Shown here piece by piece: positions 12,471 to 26,004 of a DNA stretch of 64,000 nucleotides. Source of the stretch: Octopus sinensis. Its lineage: Eukaryota. Both the position numbers and the translations under genes were made by a program. The DNA is taken from NCBI RefSeq assembly GCF_006345805.1, contig NC_042997.1, forward strand, positions 156,550,001 to 156,614,000, given 5' to 3'. Below the pieces are notes generated by a model, which saw only the letters and a program-made list of their open reading frames with translations, ran no database searches and was not told the DNA's origin. Within the stretch, counting starts at the first letter, position 1, and each line of letters starts with the position of its first letter.

Positions 12471-15400
12471 CCTGTTTCAGAGTTTTCTAATTTTGAGTGA
12501 AAAAATTGGCAGATTGTCTCATAAACTTGAATTATATATGATATGAATAGAGTATCCTCTCAAGACAATGTAGAGTTGGGAGAACCTATTCTTCCTGTTC
12601 TGTTGAGGACATGGCAAATTCTCTAGGGTTGGCCTCAGAAATAGAAATCACTCACTACACAATACAATGTGATTGATATTAGGAACTGCATCCAACCACA
12701 GAAACAATACCAAATAAAATATACAAGTGAGATATGTCTCCAGACACATTTAGGAGGGTGTTAACTCCAAATAAGGACACAGACTGTGACAAGTCAGCCA
12801 AGCCATACTACCATAAAAAACAAATGTAAAATGACGATGATGATAAAGTAATTTGTGATGAGTTGAAATGACAGTACTTCATGTTTGCAAACAGCTGATG
12901 TCAAAAGAGTTAAAAAGTCTTCTAGTTATTCTTATCACTTCAGTAAATTAAAAGTTGAGATTCCACTGTATTCCTATCTTGTTTTTAATTGCATAATCAA
13001 TTTCTTTAATAAGTAAATCTTCATTGTAGATAAAATTAGTAAAGTGATAGTTTTGAATTAAGTGACAAATAAACACTTTCTGTTTTTTTTTGCCTTTATT
13101 TTTCATTATCAATTGAATTTTATTCATTCACAAGATTCTAGCTGTTATCATTTAGTAATTCAAAGTATACAGAAGTCATTGTTGGAATGTATAAATATTT
13201 GGCTCACAGGTTTGTCATGCCAATGTAAATCAATAAAAAATAATTAGCATTGCTTGGATAGATTAACATCACCCATCATTGTTTTAATGACCACTTTTAT
13301 GCTTGCATGTGTCAGACAGATTTTGTTGAGGTAGATTTACAATGGCCAGACACCCTTTCCGTAATCGGTCCTTTTCCCCATAATCAGACATACTCTCCAA
13401 GAATATTGGGAATGAAGGATACTGCTTGTGTAATGGTGATACTTGTTTATTACGACCACACAATGACCAGGCAAGGAGGAACATACATGCATATACATAT
13501 AGAATGTTGTTAGAATTATAATCCAAGTTGTGTCTTGTGAAGATGTTATAATTGTGTGAGATTATAGAGTAATTACAAATCCAGTGGTAGCTAGTAGATA
13601 AAATTAATGGGCGTGCTACTTAAGAAAACTTTTAGCTGTTGTTTTAATATTGTGTAAAAGTAAACAAAGATATAAAAAGAATATTTATACATAAACTTGA
13701 CTGGTTCGCATTTTAGCCCCTACCGAGTAGTGTACTTAATTTGCTCACTGAACACCACTGCTAATTCTCTCTTGTTTTTCAAAAATCGCCCCCTAAATCA
13801 CAAAATAAGGGGGAAAAATCTGCCCTATTTTTCAAATCCTGGCAGCAAAACTGTAGCTGGAAGTAGGATAATAATCTAATTCTACACTTTATCACATTCA
13901 AGAATATAAACATGTTTTTAAGCACAAAACACGGGGAGTCAAAAAGAAACACTACCTTTCTCCAGCACACCAGCGTCAACACTGCGTGAACCACAGTGCT
14001 CTCTCTCACTAGCATGCAGCTTCCTATCTCGGACATGTGAGCATGCACACAACAGCCAAACATTGTGTTGCTGGAACTGTGAAGCACACAGTTCTAAACA
14101 AGGATTTTTGTATTTTTTTCATAAACTAGGGGATGGCTACTGACATTAAGCTTAAGAATTATATAATGTACAAGTATAAAGAAAGAATTAAAGGAAAAAG
14201 GACTCATTATATTGAATGTTATCGATAATATTGAGTGGAAATAGGGAGCACTGCAGTTCTGCAGCACCTATAAACAAGCTGCCACTTTACAAATCAAAAC
14301 AGGATATTAATACCAAAAATCATTTCAAATCTCCAATTTTGACACATATACATACACACACCTATGCCAGCATAGAAAGAAGATGCTAAATGATGATAAT
14401 GATGATGATATTAAACACACAGGCCTTCTCTCAGTTTCTATCTACTAAATTCACTCACAGAATTTTGTGGTCTGCTTGGGGTTGTAGTAGATGACACCTA
14501 CCCAAAGTGCCATGCAATGGGACTGAACCTGAAACCTTCTGTTTGGAAAGCAAACTTCTTACCAAATGCATTATACATCTGTAAAAAAACTGTTTTATTC
14601 TTGTTTTATTATATAATCCATGCTTGTATAACATAATTGCAATATTGATGAGATATTGAATTGTAATTTATCAACTACTATGCAAATTTGGTTAATTGTG
14701 TAAAAATACCGAAGCTATGCATTTCAGTGGAATTGACTGTACTACTACTGACTTTAGTGTTGTACCCCTGAGAAAGATATATCATTCTGTTTACTTTAGA
14801 TTATCTAATGGACATGTTGCATCATTGCATTATATTATGGTTGATAAGGGAAGGGCAGCCGTTTGTAAAAGCAATTGCTTTTGAATGATTGAAGTGTTTC
14901 AATTTGTGTTAAGCATTTTATCCATAATAGCATGGCAAAGGAGAGGTCGTTCAAAATGAAAAGAAGAAAAATATCTTTCACAATATCAAAGATGCAGTAG
15001 TTTTTCAGGTTAAAGTGTTAGATTAGTTAGCACATGTCATGTACATCATGGAAAACAACAACAACCTGTTTTAGTCTATGCTTTTGTGAAAGACATGAAG
15101 TAAAAAGGATTTTTTAAAAAAAGAACACAACATCAAATTATATCAAAATGTTCAGCTGTAGCCTGATAATTGAATTGCTTAATAAATCCTAATGTAATCT
15201 GGATGGAGGAGGAAATAACAAAATAACAAATCAGAGAGAAAAATATGAATGAAACTGATGGTGCTTTGTTTATTGTATTTCATAAAAACCAAAAGAGACC
15301 TCACACATTTGATCATTTGCATAAATTTATATACAACTGAGTACAAACAAAGCTGTTTTTAATTTAGAGGCCTTGGTATTGATTGTCATTGTAGCTATTC

Positions 15401-15716
15401 AGTATCAAATTAGTCCTGATTGATCAGATCTTGATTGACCACTGACCACCTTGTCCTTCTCTTAGCTATTACATAGCTAGGACTAGATTATCCAATATGA
15501 TTCTTTCTTTTTCTAAACAGTAGGATGATTCATTTCTTACATAGAGACAAGTCTTTCTTTTTTTATATATATATATATAAGCACAGACATGGCCAAGATG
15601 TTCAGAAGTTTATTTCCTGGCTATGTTTTTAAGTTCAGTCTCATTATGTGGCACTTTGGACAAGTGTGTTCTAGTATAGCTCCAGATCACAGCCTTGTGA
15701 GTAGATTTGACAGATG

Positions 15717-16010
15717 TGGAGGCACATGGCCTAGTGGCTAGAGCAGCGGACTCGCGGTCGAGGGATTGTGAGTTCAAATCTCAGACTGGGCGATGTGTGT
15801 GTTTATGAGTGAAACACCTAAGCTCCACGTGGCTCTAGCAGAAGGTAATGGCGAACCTCTGTTGACTCTTTCGCCACAACTTGCTCTCACTCTTTCCTCC
15901 CGCATCTTGCAGCTCACCTGCAATGGACCAACGTCCCGTCCAGGTGGGGAACCTATATGCCAAGGAAACCGGCCCTTATGAGCCAGACATGGCTCAAGAA
16001 GGAACAAATA
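15717..16010 (+). mobile_element. Meta-domain-like tRNA SINE inserted in a family-A SINE
   Basis: tRNA head (tggcctagtgg...gagttcaaatc), central ctgcaatggaccaacgtcccgtccagg...ggaaaccggcccttatgagcc; 12-bp TSD atttgacagatg (15705-15716) / atttgactgatg (16011-16022). Confidence 0.75.
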
Positions 16011-18031
16011 ATTTGACTGATGGAAACTGAAAGCAGCTCATTGTATATGTATGTATGTATATATGTGTTTGCATCTCCTTGTTTTGACATGACAGTTGTA
16101 AATATGAGTGTCATTCAATTCCAATATTCTACAAAAATGTATCTGGCAACATTGGAATTATTGGGCTGCTTGGAAACAGATGAGAATTAGCAACAGGATG
16201 GGCATGTAGTCTGGAAAATCTGCTTAAATAAACTCTGATCCATGCAAGCATAGAAAAGTGGATGATGAATAAAAATAAAAATAAAAGAAATGGAATTATT
16301 CCAGAAAATTACTTTTTTGAGAGTGTAAAATAAAATGGTTTTCATTGAGAATTAGAAATAGCCAACACTTTCTGCTTGGTAGGAACTTCAGTTCCTGAAT
16401 ACCAGACAGAGATCTAACCAGTATCTTTCTCAATTTAATGTTCATTCTTCCATGGTGGCATAAGTTGGACCTGTTTGCTATACAGCATCTTCTCTCTTCT
16501 TGAGGTTCAGAATTCTAGATTTTGCTTTCACTTCTCTTATCTTTCTCCACTGATAGCATGCTGTACTTTTTCACCGGTACCATCATCAATTCATATCACA
16601 CATCAGTGCAGTAAAATTTCTTGCATACGTTGGTTGATGCTTTAATACTCTCCTATTTTCAGGTTATTTATGCTTAGCCTTATCCTGTAATTCAAGTTAA
16701 CATTATTCATTCAACAAACCCTGTCCTTTTTTCTTTCCAGCTGTCACAATCTTTCCATATGCAATACTCATGTCATATTACAATGTAGCAGAGCTTTTTT
16801 TACACATGCTTCATACTAACTGCTTTTTGAATGAAAAGAAAAAGCCTAAGTTGCCAACAGAAGCAACACAGGGAATATCTGAAAAATGAAGCTATTTTTT
16901 CATGTTCATAAGAAGTGTAGAAGTAAAAACCATATATTAACTTTTGAATTATCTCAAGAATCTAATTCATAACGAAGATTTCAAAGTCTCAAATTCAATG
17001 TTGTATGACTTGTAATTCAAAAATCCAAAAGCTTAGGCAATTACTTTAAAACCAAATTTTGTTGTTTCCCTTAAACTCACCAGAAAAATTATAGTAATTT
17101 AGTGTTTTTTAACAAATGTCACATGTTTTTGAATCAAGAGCCACTCAAGAAATGCTACAACCTGAGTATAAATGCTTTATCAGAAGACATTGATTTTTTT
17201 AAAAATATATAATATTTAGAAGCTTAATAAGATGTATTCAAGTAATCAATTCATGACACAATGCCATTTATTTAAAAACTGATTTTAGTATTAATAAAAA
17301 GCTATGCAATAATCATGTGCTAGACTTTTTTGTATTATTTCTTAGAATTAGACTTGTAAATGTATTAGTGATAAATGGAGATTATCTAGCATAGTTTTTC
17401 TGCCACAACGTAATTGCCATTTAAAAGCAAAAATTAGTTCTTGGCAATGGAAACAATAAAAAGGTAATAATGATGTTCAAAAGCTGAAGAATTGAACCTT
17501 TGCTACTCTAAAATCAGATAAAATAATGTTCTTCAAGGCAAACAGCTTTGCTGGTGGCCATTTTACTCAGATCATGATGTGTGGTAACACCCATAAGTTA
17601 AATCAGTACAGATGAGACAGATAACTTGTATGAAATACACATGCCAACAGCATAAATAATCTTAGTTTTTTTTCTCCAACTTCTTTCTTCTGAAACTGCT
17701 GTCTCAGGCTCCATTTCGAAATTATTTCTCTTTTTTACGCTTGTTTTTCTCAATAGCTGATTACTTGGTTGCTTCCCTTAATTTTCAACTCTCCTATTGC
17801 TCTCTTTCATAGATCTAGTTTTTCACATCTTTTATTTTCCAATGCTCTTAAATTCTCTTTAACTTATATTTGCAGTGGTAAAAAATAGTAACATAACTGC
17901 TCAAACTCTAATAAAAGCAATCTGTCCAGGATGAAAAGAACTGAAATAGCTCTGAATCTCTTAGAAGATAACCTCTCTAGTACATGTATGAAAGTAAGCA
18001 TGCCTATTTAAACATGCAGTGGTTGACTTAA

Positions 18032-18244
18032 ACCTTTTGTTACTGAATTTATTTTGAGATGCTCTGTGTTTTTTTTTTTCAATTAATTTTAAATATAACA
18101 GGGAATTTAGTAAAATAACTTAGTTATCATTAAGCTAGTGTTAGGAACATAAATTGAGGCTAAGGTTTGGTGGAAGATTTTAATTCAAAACTTATGAAAA
18201 CAAGACATTTGTACTCGGTTTCAGCCAGGTTGGTATCAAAAGGG
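18032..18244. mobile_element. piggyBac-type MITE (second family)
   Basis: TTAA flanks, TIR-like accttttgtt / atcaaaaggg; inverted relative at 56921-57138. Confidence 0.5.
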
Positions 18245-18469
18245 TTAATTTGAAGTTTTCCCAAACCAGAGTACCATAAGAAACGGGTTAATTTGGGACA
18301 AATATATTTTTGAGGAATTTTTGTGTTTAACTTAATCTTTATCTTTTACCTTGTACTTATTTCAGTCATAAGAATGCAACCACACTGGGGCACCATCTTA
18401 GTCAAATAAACCACCCCTAACATTTATTTTGTTGGTCTCTTTTATCAAACAACTCTTTTTTCTTTGCAC

Positions 18470-18690
18470 CCTTTTAAAGCCTAGCCAGGCTCATGGGCCC
18501 GGTTTCCTGGTTTCTGTGGTGCATGTGTTCCCCATCGCAGCGTTACTCATTTTTGCTAGCTGAGTGGACTGGAGCAACAGGAAATGAAGTGTTTTGCTCA
18601 AGAACACAACGCGTCGCCAGGTCAAGGAATCGAAACCACTATTTTACGCTCATGGTGCTGTTACCCTAACCACTAAGCCACACGCCTCCA
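18470..18690 (-). mobile_element. tRNA SINE with CORE-like and Meta-like segments
   Basis: Minus strand tggaggcgtgtggcttagtggttaggg...ttcgattcc...ttgtgttcttgagcaaaacac...ggaaaccgggcccatgagcc; related copies near 7630-7770, 39500-39650, 52390-52650. Confidence 0.65.
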
Positions 18691-19147
18691 CTTATCAAAC
18701 AACTAAGTTACAAAAAATAAATACACCAACACTGTTGTCAAGCACTGAGAGGAGAGACAAAAAACAAATTCATACATATACATTATATGTTCTGAATCCA
18801 TTCTTAGTTTTCTTCATTGGAATATGTTACTAATCATAAGACTCACATTGCTTTTACCAGTAATGTACTCGGAATTTCAGTTTTTCTCAACTTTCCAATT
18901 CAAGAGGGTAGACAGACAGTAGTTCAGGTTGAGTGCTGCATTGAAGATACACCGATTTTCTACCCATTCAGGACCTACACTATCTATCTAGTTATATATA
19001 TATATATCTGTGTGAGTGAGTGTCTGAGATGGGTTTCCATAGAATTTTCATCCACCAAATTCATTCACAAAGCATTGCTCAGTGTGGAGCTATAGTAGAA
19101 GACAATTGCCTAAGGTGCTGCGGTTGCAAAGTGAGCTTCTTAATGTG

Positions 19148-19411
19148 TACCTATTCTTTTATTTGTTTCAGTCATTTGACTGTGGCCATGCTGGAGCACC
19201 ACCTTTAGTCAAGCAAATCAACTCCAGGACTTTTTCTTTGTAAGCCTAGTAATTATTCTATCGGTCTCTCTTGCTGAACTGCTAAGTTACGGGGCCGTAA
19301 ACATACAAGCATCAGTTGTCAAGCAATGTTGGGGATCAAACACAGACACACAAACATATACATACAAATACACACACACACACATACAAATACACACACA
19401 CACACATACAA

Positions 19412-19474
<63 letters not shown>

Positions 19475-19497
19475 CATACATATATATATATACATAC

Positions 19498-19543
<46 letters not shown>

Positions 19544-19681
19544 GGCTTCTTTCAGTTTCCATCTACCAAATCAACTCACAAAACTTTGGTCGGCCCCCGA
19601 GGCTATAGGAGAAGACACTTGCCCAAGGTGCCATGCAGTGGGAGTGAACCCAGAACCATGTGGTTGGTAAGCAAGCTACTT
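19148..19681 (-). mobile_element. SINE family A body; its head continues at 21715-21750
   Basis: Stops at ggttggtaagcaagctactt and resumes after 2 kb as gtaagcaaagctacttaccacacagcc. Confidence 0.85.
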
Positions 19682-21714
19682 TATTTCATTAAGATTTGCC
19701 ATAAAGGCATTACAAAGAGTAGCTTGCGGGCTGGACATATACATTGATGAGGTGAATGATGAAACAAGGATGATATTGATGAGAGAAGGCAGAAAACGCC
19801 TGCCGATTTTCTGCTTCTCTAAAACATTGTTCTTTTTTTTGTTTCCATCAAAAACGACAATTATTGGTCTTAATAGTCCATTACAAATATATATAATAAA
19901 TTATTCAATATACACACAATCTATAAGCTCAATCAAGCAAATGACACGCCACCTACAGGAAAGCCTGCATCGGCAGATCGGGGCCCGAAAAGTGGAAAGC
20001 AAAATCTGTCTTATTACAGGTCACCATGACCTCGAACAGTTCCTTCTGACTTATGACGTCCACAGCCACCTGTAGAGGCCAGTCTGGACAGTCTATACAA
20101 ACCGAGTCCAATCATTCTCAGCCTGGAAGACCGTCCAAGCACTTCTCGACAGGCTCTTCCCTGAGATAGAAAACGATGGGTTTCACGTTCTCCTCATGGG
20201 GAGGAGCTTCAGCCCTCTCTGTCAGTGGCACAATTCCCACTGACAGAGCCTCTCGTTCCGGTGGCTCACGTTCCACCGAAGGGGTTTCGGAACATGCTGC
20301 CAGTGCACCAGCAACCGCCGGCAATGCCCTGTTTTTCTTTCTTTTCCCCTTTTTCGCGTCGGGAGAGCAAGGTTCCTCCAGTTTGTCTGTATGTCCCTCC
20401 TTCCCTCCCGCCACCATGGGATCCATCGGTGGGCAACCATTGTTGTTCATCTTTCTTTTTTTTCCTTTCGAGGGGGTTACCTCTTCCTCGACTTTTTCTA
20501 CACCTCCCTCCTTCATATGCTCAGGAGGGTCCGTTGGAGGAAAAACATCCTCCTCTATTAATTTTTCCAGTGCCCTTGCATGGTTGTGGGGGCACTTCCT
20601 CTTAATGTGACCCGATTCCAGGCACAGGTGACACTTGGGGGGGGTGTCCCTCAAGAGTCACCGGATACCTAGAACCAGCCATCTTTAGAAAATCTGGGAA
20701 GACCAGATCTTTGGCTGATTGGGTCCATAGAGTCAAAATTGCTTTCGACCCCACCCAATCAGCCACAGGAAGCATTCTAATATTCAAGAGCCTGGCTCCA
20801 CTGCCACCCAGACCCCGGTGGATAGTGTCCTCTATCCACTCAGTCTCTATTCCGGGTGGAAGGCCACTCACCCAGCCTCTTGTCAATTTCCTTCCACGAT
20901 ATGTGGGGAGAAACAAAATTTTTTTCCCTTCCAGGGGCTGACTAGCAAATAAGCTAGCCTCTTTAGGGGTGTCAAATAGTAACCACACTGTTGCAAATTT
21001 GACACCCCTTGCGATATACTTGATAGTTGGTAGGTATTCTGCCAACTCTTTTTCAATTTCGTCCTGAGAGAACACAGTGATGGTGTCGAGTGACTTGGAG
21101 TATGTCCTCAACACCACCATTCTCTCATTTCGGTCCTCTAGTCACTGCTTGGGGGGCACAATTTCCCACTCCAGCACAGTGGTTTTCTTTGTTGCCATAA
21201 TTTAAAACCACAAAGAAACAAAAAAGAGTTCAACAAAAGTTCGAATGTTCTAAATAAAAGTTCAGTAATAAACACAAAAAAAGAACGGAAAGACAGAGCA
21301 GAGAAAAGAACAAAGGAAGACAGTTCAATCAATGGCAACACAATTCCACAAGTCTGATACAGGTACTCCAGCTGCAAAAATAGTCCTTCCTGCCTTGGTA
21401 CTCCTTGGTAATCCAGTGGAAATTCAGACACGAAGACAATTTTTGTAAACAAATTAATTTTTTCATAGGGACTACGCCTCCTCAAAAAATACAATTCTCA
21501 CTGCAAAGTGAGTCTTTATGCACGACCACAGGCAGGCAAATGTCTGGAGCAGAGTGGAGACTGTTGCTCACCAAAAAATATTCAATACATGGCAACAAAC
21601 TCCACTAAGCCCTCAAAAAAATACAACAAACACCTACCTGTAGTCGAGCCTCAAAGTTCAATATTTCACGATGAAAGACGCGACATCAAGCAGCCGAAAA
21701 AAAGACGTCCGTCT
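19682..21714 (-). mobile_element. ORF1-only non-LTR retroelement (Tx1/L1-type ORF1, HAL1-like)
   Basis: Flanked by TSD gtaagcaagctactt (19667-19681) / gtaagcaaagctactt (21715-21730); single gag-like ORF; no endonuclease or RT sequence recognised. Confidence 0.8.
19953..21198 (-). pseudogene. Disabled ORF1 (two RRM-like regions + CCHC zinc knuckle), about 414 aa reconstructed
   Basis: ATG 21198 (MATKKTTVLEWEIVPPKQ*LEDRNERMVVLR...), LPTYRGRKLTRGWVSGLPPGI, ...VTLEGHPP-KCHLCLESGHIKRKCP; TGA stops at 21142-21144, 20118-20120, 20112-20114; +1 frameshift in the C8 run at 20637-20644; TAG at 19953-19955. Confidence 0.8.
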
Positions 21715-21789
21715 GTAAGCAAAGCTACTTACCACACAGCCACTCCTATGCCTATATTCATAATTTAATCATAAATAGTTGATACAATC

Positions 21790-21985
21790 AGTATACTCGC
21801 ATCCATAGGTGATGAGTCTAAACAAGCTCTTGGTTCTGATGAAATTTCTTAAGCCATATTTGTGACAAGATTCAGCACTGGCAAAATTTTCAATGAGTTT
21901 CATGATATGTGGAGATGTATATTCACTTGAAACTTGAAGGTTTGCTGCTACAACTCTTAGTTTCCCTGTTTTGATCACATTCAAG
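21790..21985 (-). mobile_element. Possible pogo-type transposase N-terminal (HTH_psq-like) remnant
   Basis: VALNVIKTGKLRVVAANLQVS weakly resembles a psq helix-turn-helix; no other motifs. Confidence 0.25.
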
Positions 21986-22009
21986 GCAACCATTACATAT
22001 ATATATATA

Positions 22010-22775
22010 TATGGTTGTGTGACAAGAAGTTTGCTTCCCAATCACATGGTTCCAGGTTCAGTACCACTGCATGACACCTTGGGCAAGTATTTTCTACTAT
22101 CTATAACTTTGGGCTTATCAGGGCTCTGTAGGTGGATTTGGTAAACAGAAACTGAAAGAAGCCAGCTGTAACTATGTGTGTCTTTGTGTCTATCTGTACC
22201 CCCACCCACTGCTTGACAACTGTTGGTGTGCCTATGTCCCCATAATTTAGTGGTTTGGCAAAGCGATCAACAGAATAAGGACCAGACTTAGAAGATAAGC
22301 AAATACTGGGGTCAGTTTGTTTGACTAAAATTCTTCAAGGTTGTGCATGACTACAGTCTAATGACTAAAACAAGTAAAAGATAAAAGATATATATATACA
22401 CAAGAATTATATGGCTGTGTGGTAAGTAGCTTGCTTACCAACCACATGGTTCCAGGTTCAGTCCCACTGCGTGGCACCTTGGGCAAGTGTCTTCTACTGT
22501 AGCCTCAGGCTAACCAAAGTCTTGTGAGTGGATTTGGTAGATGGAAACTGAAAGAAGCCTATCGTATATATGCATATATATATATATCTATGTATGTATG
22601 TATGTGTATGTATATGTTTGTGTCTGTTTGTCCCCGTAACTTAGCAGTTTGGCAAAAGATACCGACAAAATAAGTACTAGGCTTCCAAAGAGTAAGTCCT
22701 GGGATAGATTTGCTTGATTAAAGGTGGTGCACCAGCATGGCCGCAGTCAAATGACTGAAACAAGTAAAAGAGTTA
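22010..22775 (+). mobile_element. Two adjacent family-A SINE copies (about 22010-22380 and 22413-22775)
   Basis: Head, core and tail motifs as at 4241. Confidence 0.8.
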
Positions 22776-22904
22776 AAGAGTAAATAGTATGTATATATGC
22801 AGATATTTTGTATGGTGTTATATAGTTCACTTCTCAACCAGTAGGTTTCAGGTTTAATACCACTGTGTCTCTTGCTTACTGACAGTTAATATTCTATCAG
22901 AAAC

Positions 22905-23090
22905 GTTAGCACACCGGGTGAAATGTTTTGCAGTATTTCATGTCTTTACGTTCCAAGTTCAAATTCCACCGAGGTCAACTTTGCCTTTCATCTTTCTGGG
23001 GTTGATAAATCAAGAACCAGTTGCATACTAGAGTCGATCTAATCAACTAGACCCTCCCCCAAAATTTTGTGCCTTGTGCCTAGAGTAATA
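22905..23090 (+). mobile_element. SINE family B (Deu/Nin-domain-like), diverged
   Basis: gaaacgttagcacaccggg...ttcaaattccaccgaggtcaactttgcctttcatc. Confidence 0.7.
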
Positions 23091-23336
23091 AAGAATATTC
23101 TATCAGCAAGACTTCTCAAACAAGTATTCACTTAGCAGTAATACCAAATACAATTTTCTACTTGAAACGCAATAAATTCCAATTGTCTGTATACACTGAA
23201 GAAATATAGATTTTCAGAAATTGTCTGTGACCAATGGCTTGTTAGTGAAATTTATTTATAGAAATTGTGCTGAGGCCTGTTGCATGAATTATACCTCATT
23301 CTTTTATGGTTACTCAAATAAAAATCTTCTCTTGAC

Positions 23337-23543
23337 CAATGGTTCTCAAAAAGGGTCCACATACAATTCTGCTATTAAAATTTATGTTCAATAAATTGGT
23401 TATTCTTCTACAATGAACAAAATATTTCAATCTTTTTATACAATTCCTAGGGACTTATTTAAACATTGAATGGTTATTAGTGTCCTGCAGAGTGAAACAG
23501 GAATTAAAGGGATCCATAAGAAAAAAATGGCTGAGAACCACTA
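23337..23543. mobile_element. hAT (Buster/Charlie-type) MITE
   Basis: TIRs caatggttctca / tgagaaccacta; 8-bp TSD ctcttgac / ctctagag fits the nnnTAnnn Buster target. Confidence 0.7.
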
Positions 23544-24060
23544 CTCTAGAGATCAACTGGCTTCAGACCTGGAGAAGGATAGGCTTCAAGTTTTATAAAT
23601 GCATAAGACAAGCTGTATACTGAAATGGTGTCCCCCTACATTTACATCAAGAGTTAAATGCCTATCATCATTGCTACATATATCATTTAAAGTCCACTTT
23701 TCTATGCTTGCATGGAGCAGATGGAATTTGTTGGGATAGATTTTCTATGGCCAGATACCCTTCCTGTTGCCAACCATAACCCGTCTCTAAGCAAAGTAAT
23801 ATTTTCTCATAGCTAGACATGCTTTTCACAGAAAACTGAAACTCTGTTTATATGACTATCATACTCATTTACAACTATCATGTGGCATCAAGACAAGGAT
23901 ACATATACAGTAAATTTCTTGCTGTTTCTATCAACCATACTTACAAGGCTTTGGTTTGCCAGGGGCTATTCTAGAAGAGGCTTCGGACACTGGATCTGAA
24001 CACAAGTTCACATGGTTGAGAAAGAAACTTCTAAACCTCACAGCCACACCCATGTTTATA

Positions 24061-24206
24061 CAGGATGGTGCACAAAAAACCAGGTTCTGTGATATAGTGT
24101 AAATACAGAAATAAATTTACACACACACAAAAACACTCAGCCTTTCGTTTGCAAGTCTATTTACTTTATGCTAAGGAACATGGTTACTTTTTCACATGCC
24201 ACCCTG
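24061..24206. mobile_element. Tc1/mariner-type MITE, degenerate
   Basis: TA-caggatggtg...aaaaaacc / ggttactttttcacatgccaccctg-TA. Confidence 0.45.
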
Positions 24207-25968
24207 TATATTGGTAAAAGATGTAAATATCAGTGTTTGAACAAAATTGCTAGTGTATTCGTCTATTTAGTTAGCCTGATAATCTATCATCACTCTTACC
24301 CTGAAATATGAAGTGAACCAGTCACTGGCCCATTAGAAATTTGCATTTTTTTTAATAGTTATCCAAATGCAATATAAAGCCTCAGTTTTGATTTTGAGTA
24401 GTACTAATTAAACCTTTAATTATCCAGTATTGATAAAATACCAGCTGCAATACTTAGACTAGTCAAATTAATACTTTACAATAAAATTAGTCTTGAGGGT
24501 TTGTCTACAGAAATCATTAATACTACGAAAGTCTTTTCTATTTAGTGGATTGAAGCAGGTTGTTCAATGAAGTAAATACTTCCTAAACACTTTAGCATTT
24601 AAAGTAGCCATATTCAGCCCAAATATTCTATTTTATGTTCAAACTAGCCAGATCCAGTCTCTCACACCTACCCTACAATGTCATTCTAAAAATGAACAAT
24701 CTCATCATGGAAATCTTGAATAATGTGAATAGGCATTACAAGAAAGTTTAAGTTACCAAACTCTGAAATAATCTCAATACACGAGAGATAAAACTAGATA
24801 TTAATCAATGAACTACATATAAATATTGTTAGATACTATTGACATAATAGTTGCAATGTACAAAATAATGTCAGAACTCTTACCAACGAAAGGATAGATT
24901 TAGAACAAGGGAGAGAACTCCATTCTAATTTCACTACTAAATATACATTCGATTGAGGTTCATCACTAATTTGTTCAATGACCTATTTTCTAGTATGATG
25001 TAGATGACAAATATCAATGGTGCCACCACGTGAAAATTAAACTCTAGTAAAACGAGCTAAAAACGTCAAATATATACATTTCATGGAAATATGTAAATGA
25101 TCATAGTTAAACCAGTGCTCTCAAGTAAAATACCTGATATTTACTGAAACTATGTAGCATAATTTCATCATAGTAAATCCAGTACCCCAGATTAGGCTGT
25201 TGGAAATCTAAAAACACATCGTTCCCAAAATATAAAATAAAAACCACAACCAAAATATCTTTACATTCAATTTCATGTATAGCTAATATACACCTTACGA
25301 ATTCGATTACTGGTGTGTTGTATCCTTGAGCAAGACGCTTTATATCAGTTCCAGTACACTCAGCTGATGAAAATGAGAAGTTACCTATCTTTCAAAGGGT
25401 TCACCTCATCACATTGAATCTCTCAGAGAATTACGTTAAGGGCATGCGTGTCTGTGGCATGTTCAACCACTTGCATCCAATTAATTGGAAACCTTGCCGT
25501 TTTGCCAGTTAGAAACGTCACAAAGATTACAAGATTATAACTTACATGATTATCAACAGCCAATTTGAAAACTACAATTAGCTCTCTGCAGAACGTCATT
25601 AAGAATTATTTTACTACAAGTGTTTATTTAAAAGAATTGCTTATAATCATAAGTCAGTGTATTGGTATAGACGAGGCTGACAATATAAGGGATATAACTT
25701 ATCTGCAGATCTTTTTATATATACATATTTAACACTTGTATACTACATTATGTACAGTTTTGTCATTCATCATTTTACACAATGGGCTGAAAGCAATAAC
25801 CAACATCTAAATTGACCCCAACATTATAGGTATTTAACTAACACCTACAATGTTGCAACAAGCGTACAGCACCAAATAAGTAGGACACCCAGTAAACTTC
25901 AGGATATCTACAATGCATATATAAAAGGGACTATATAAAAAACAGGAAACAAGAATCACATGTTGATG

Positions 25969-25974
25969 TTTATT
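25969..25974 (-). terminator. RPS5: RPS5 polyadenylation signal
   Basis: AATAAA on minus strand about 30 nt after the stop codon. Confidence 0.75.
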
Positions 25975-26004
25975 GATACCAAATTTCCAACCAAAACACA
26001 AATC

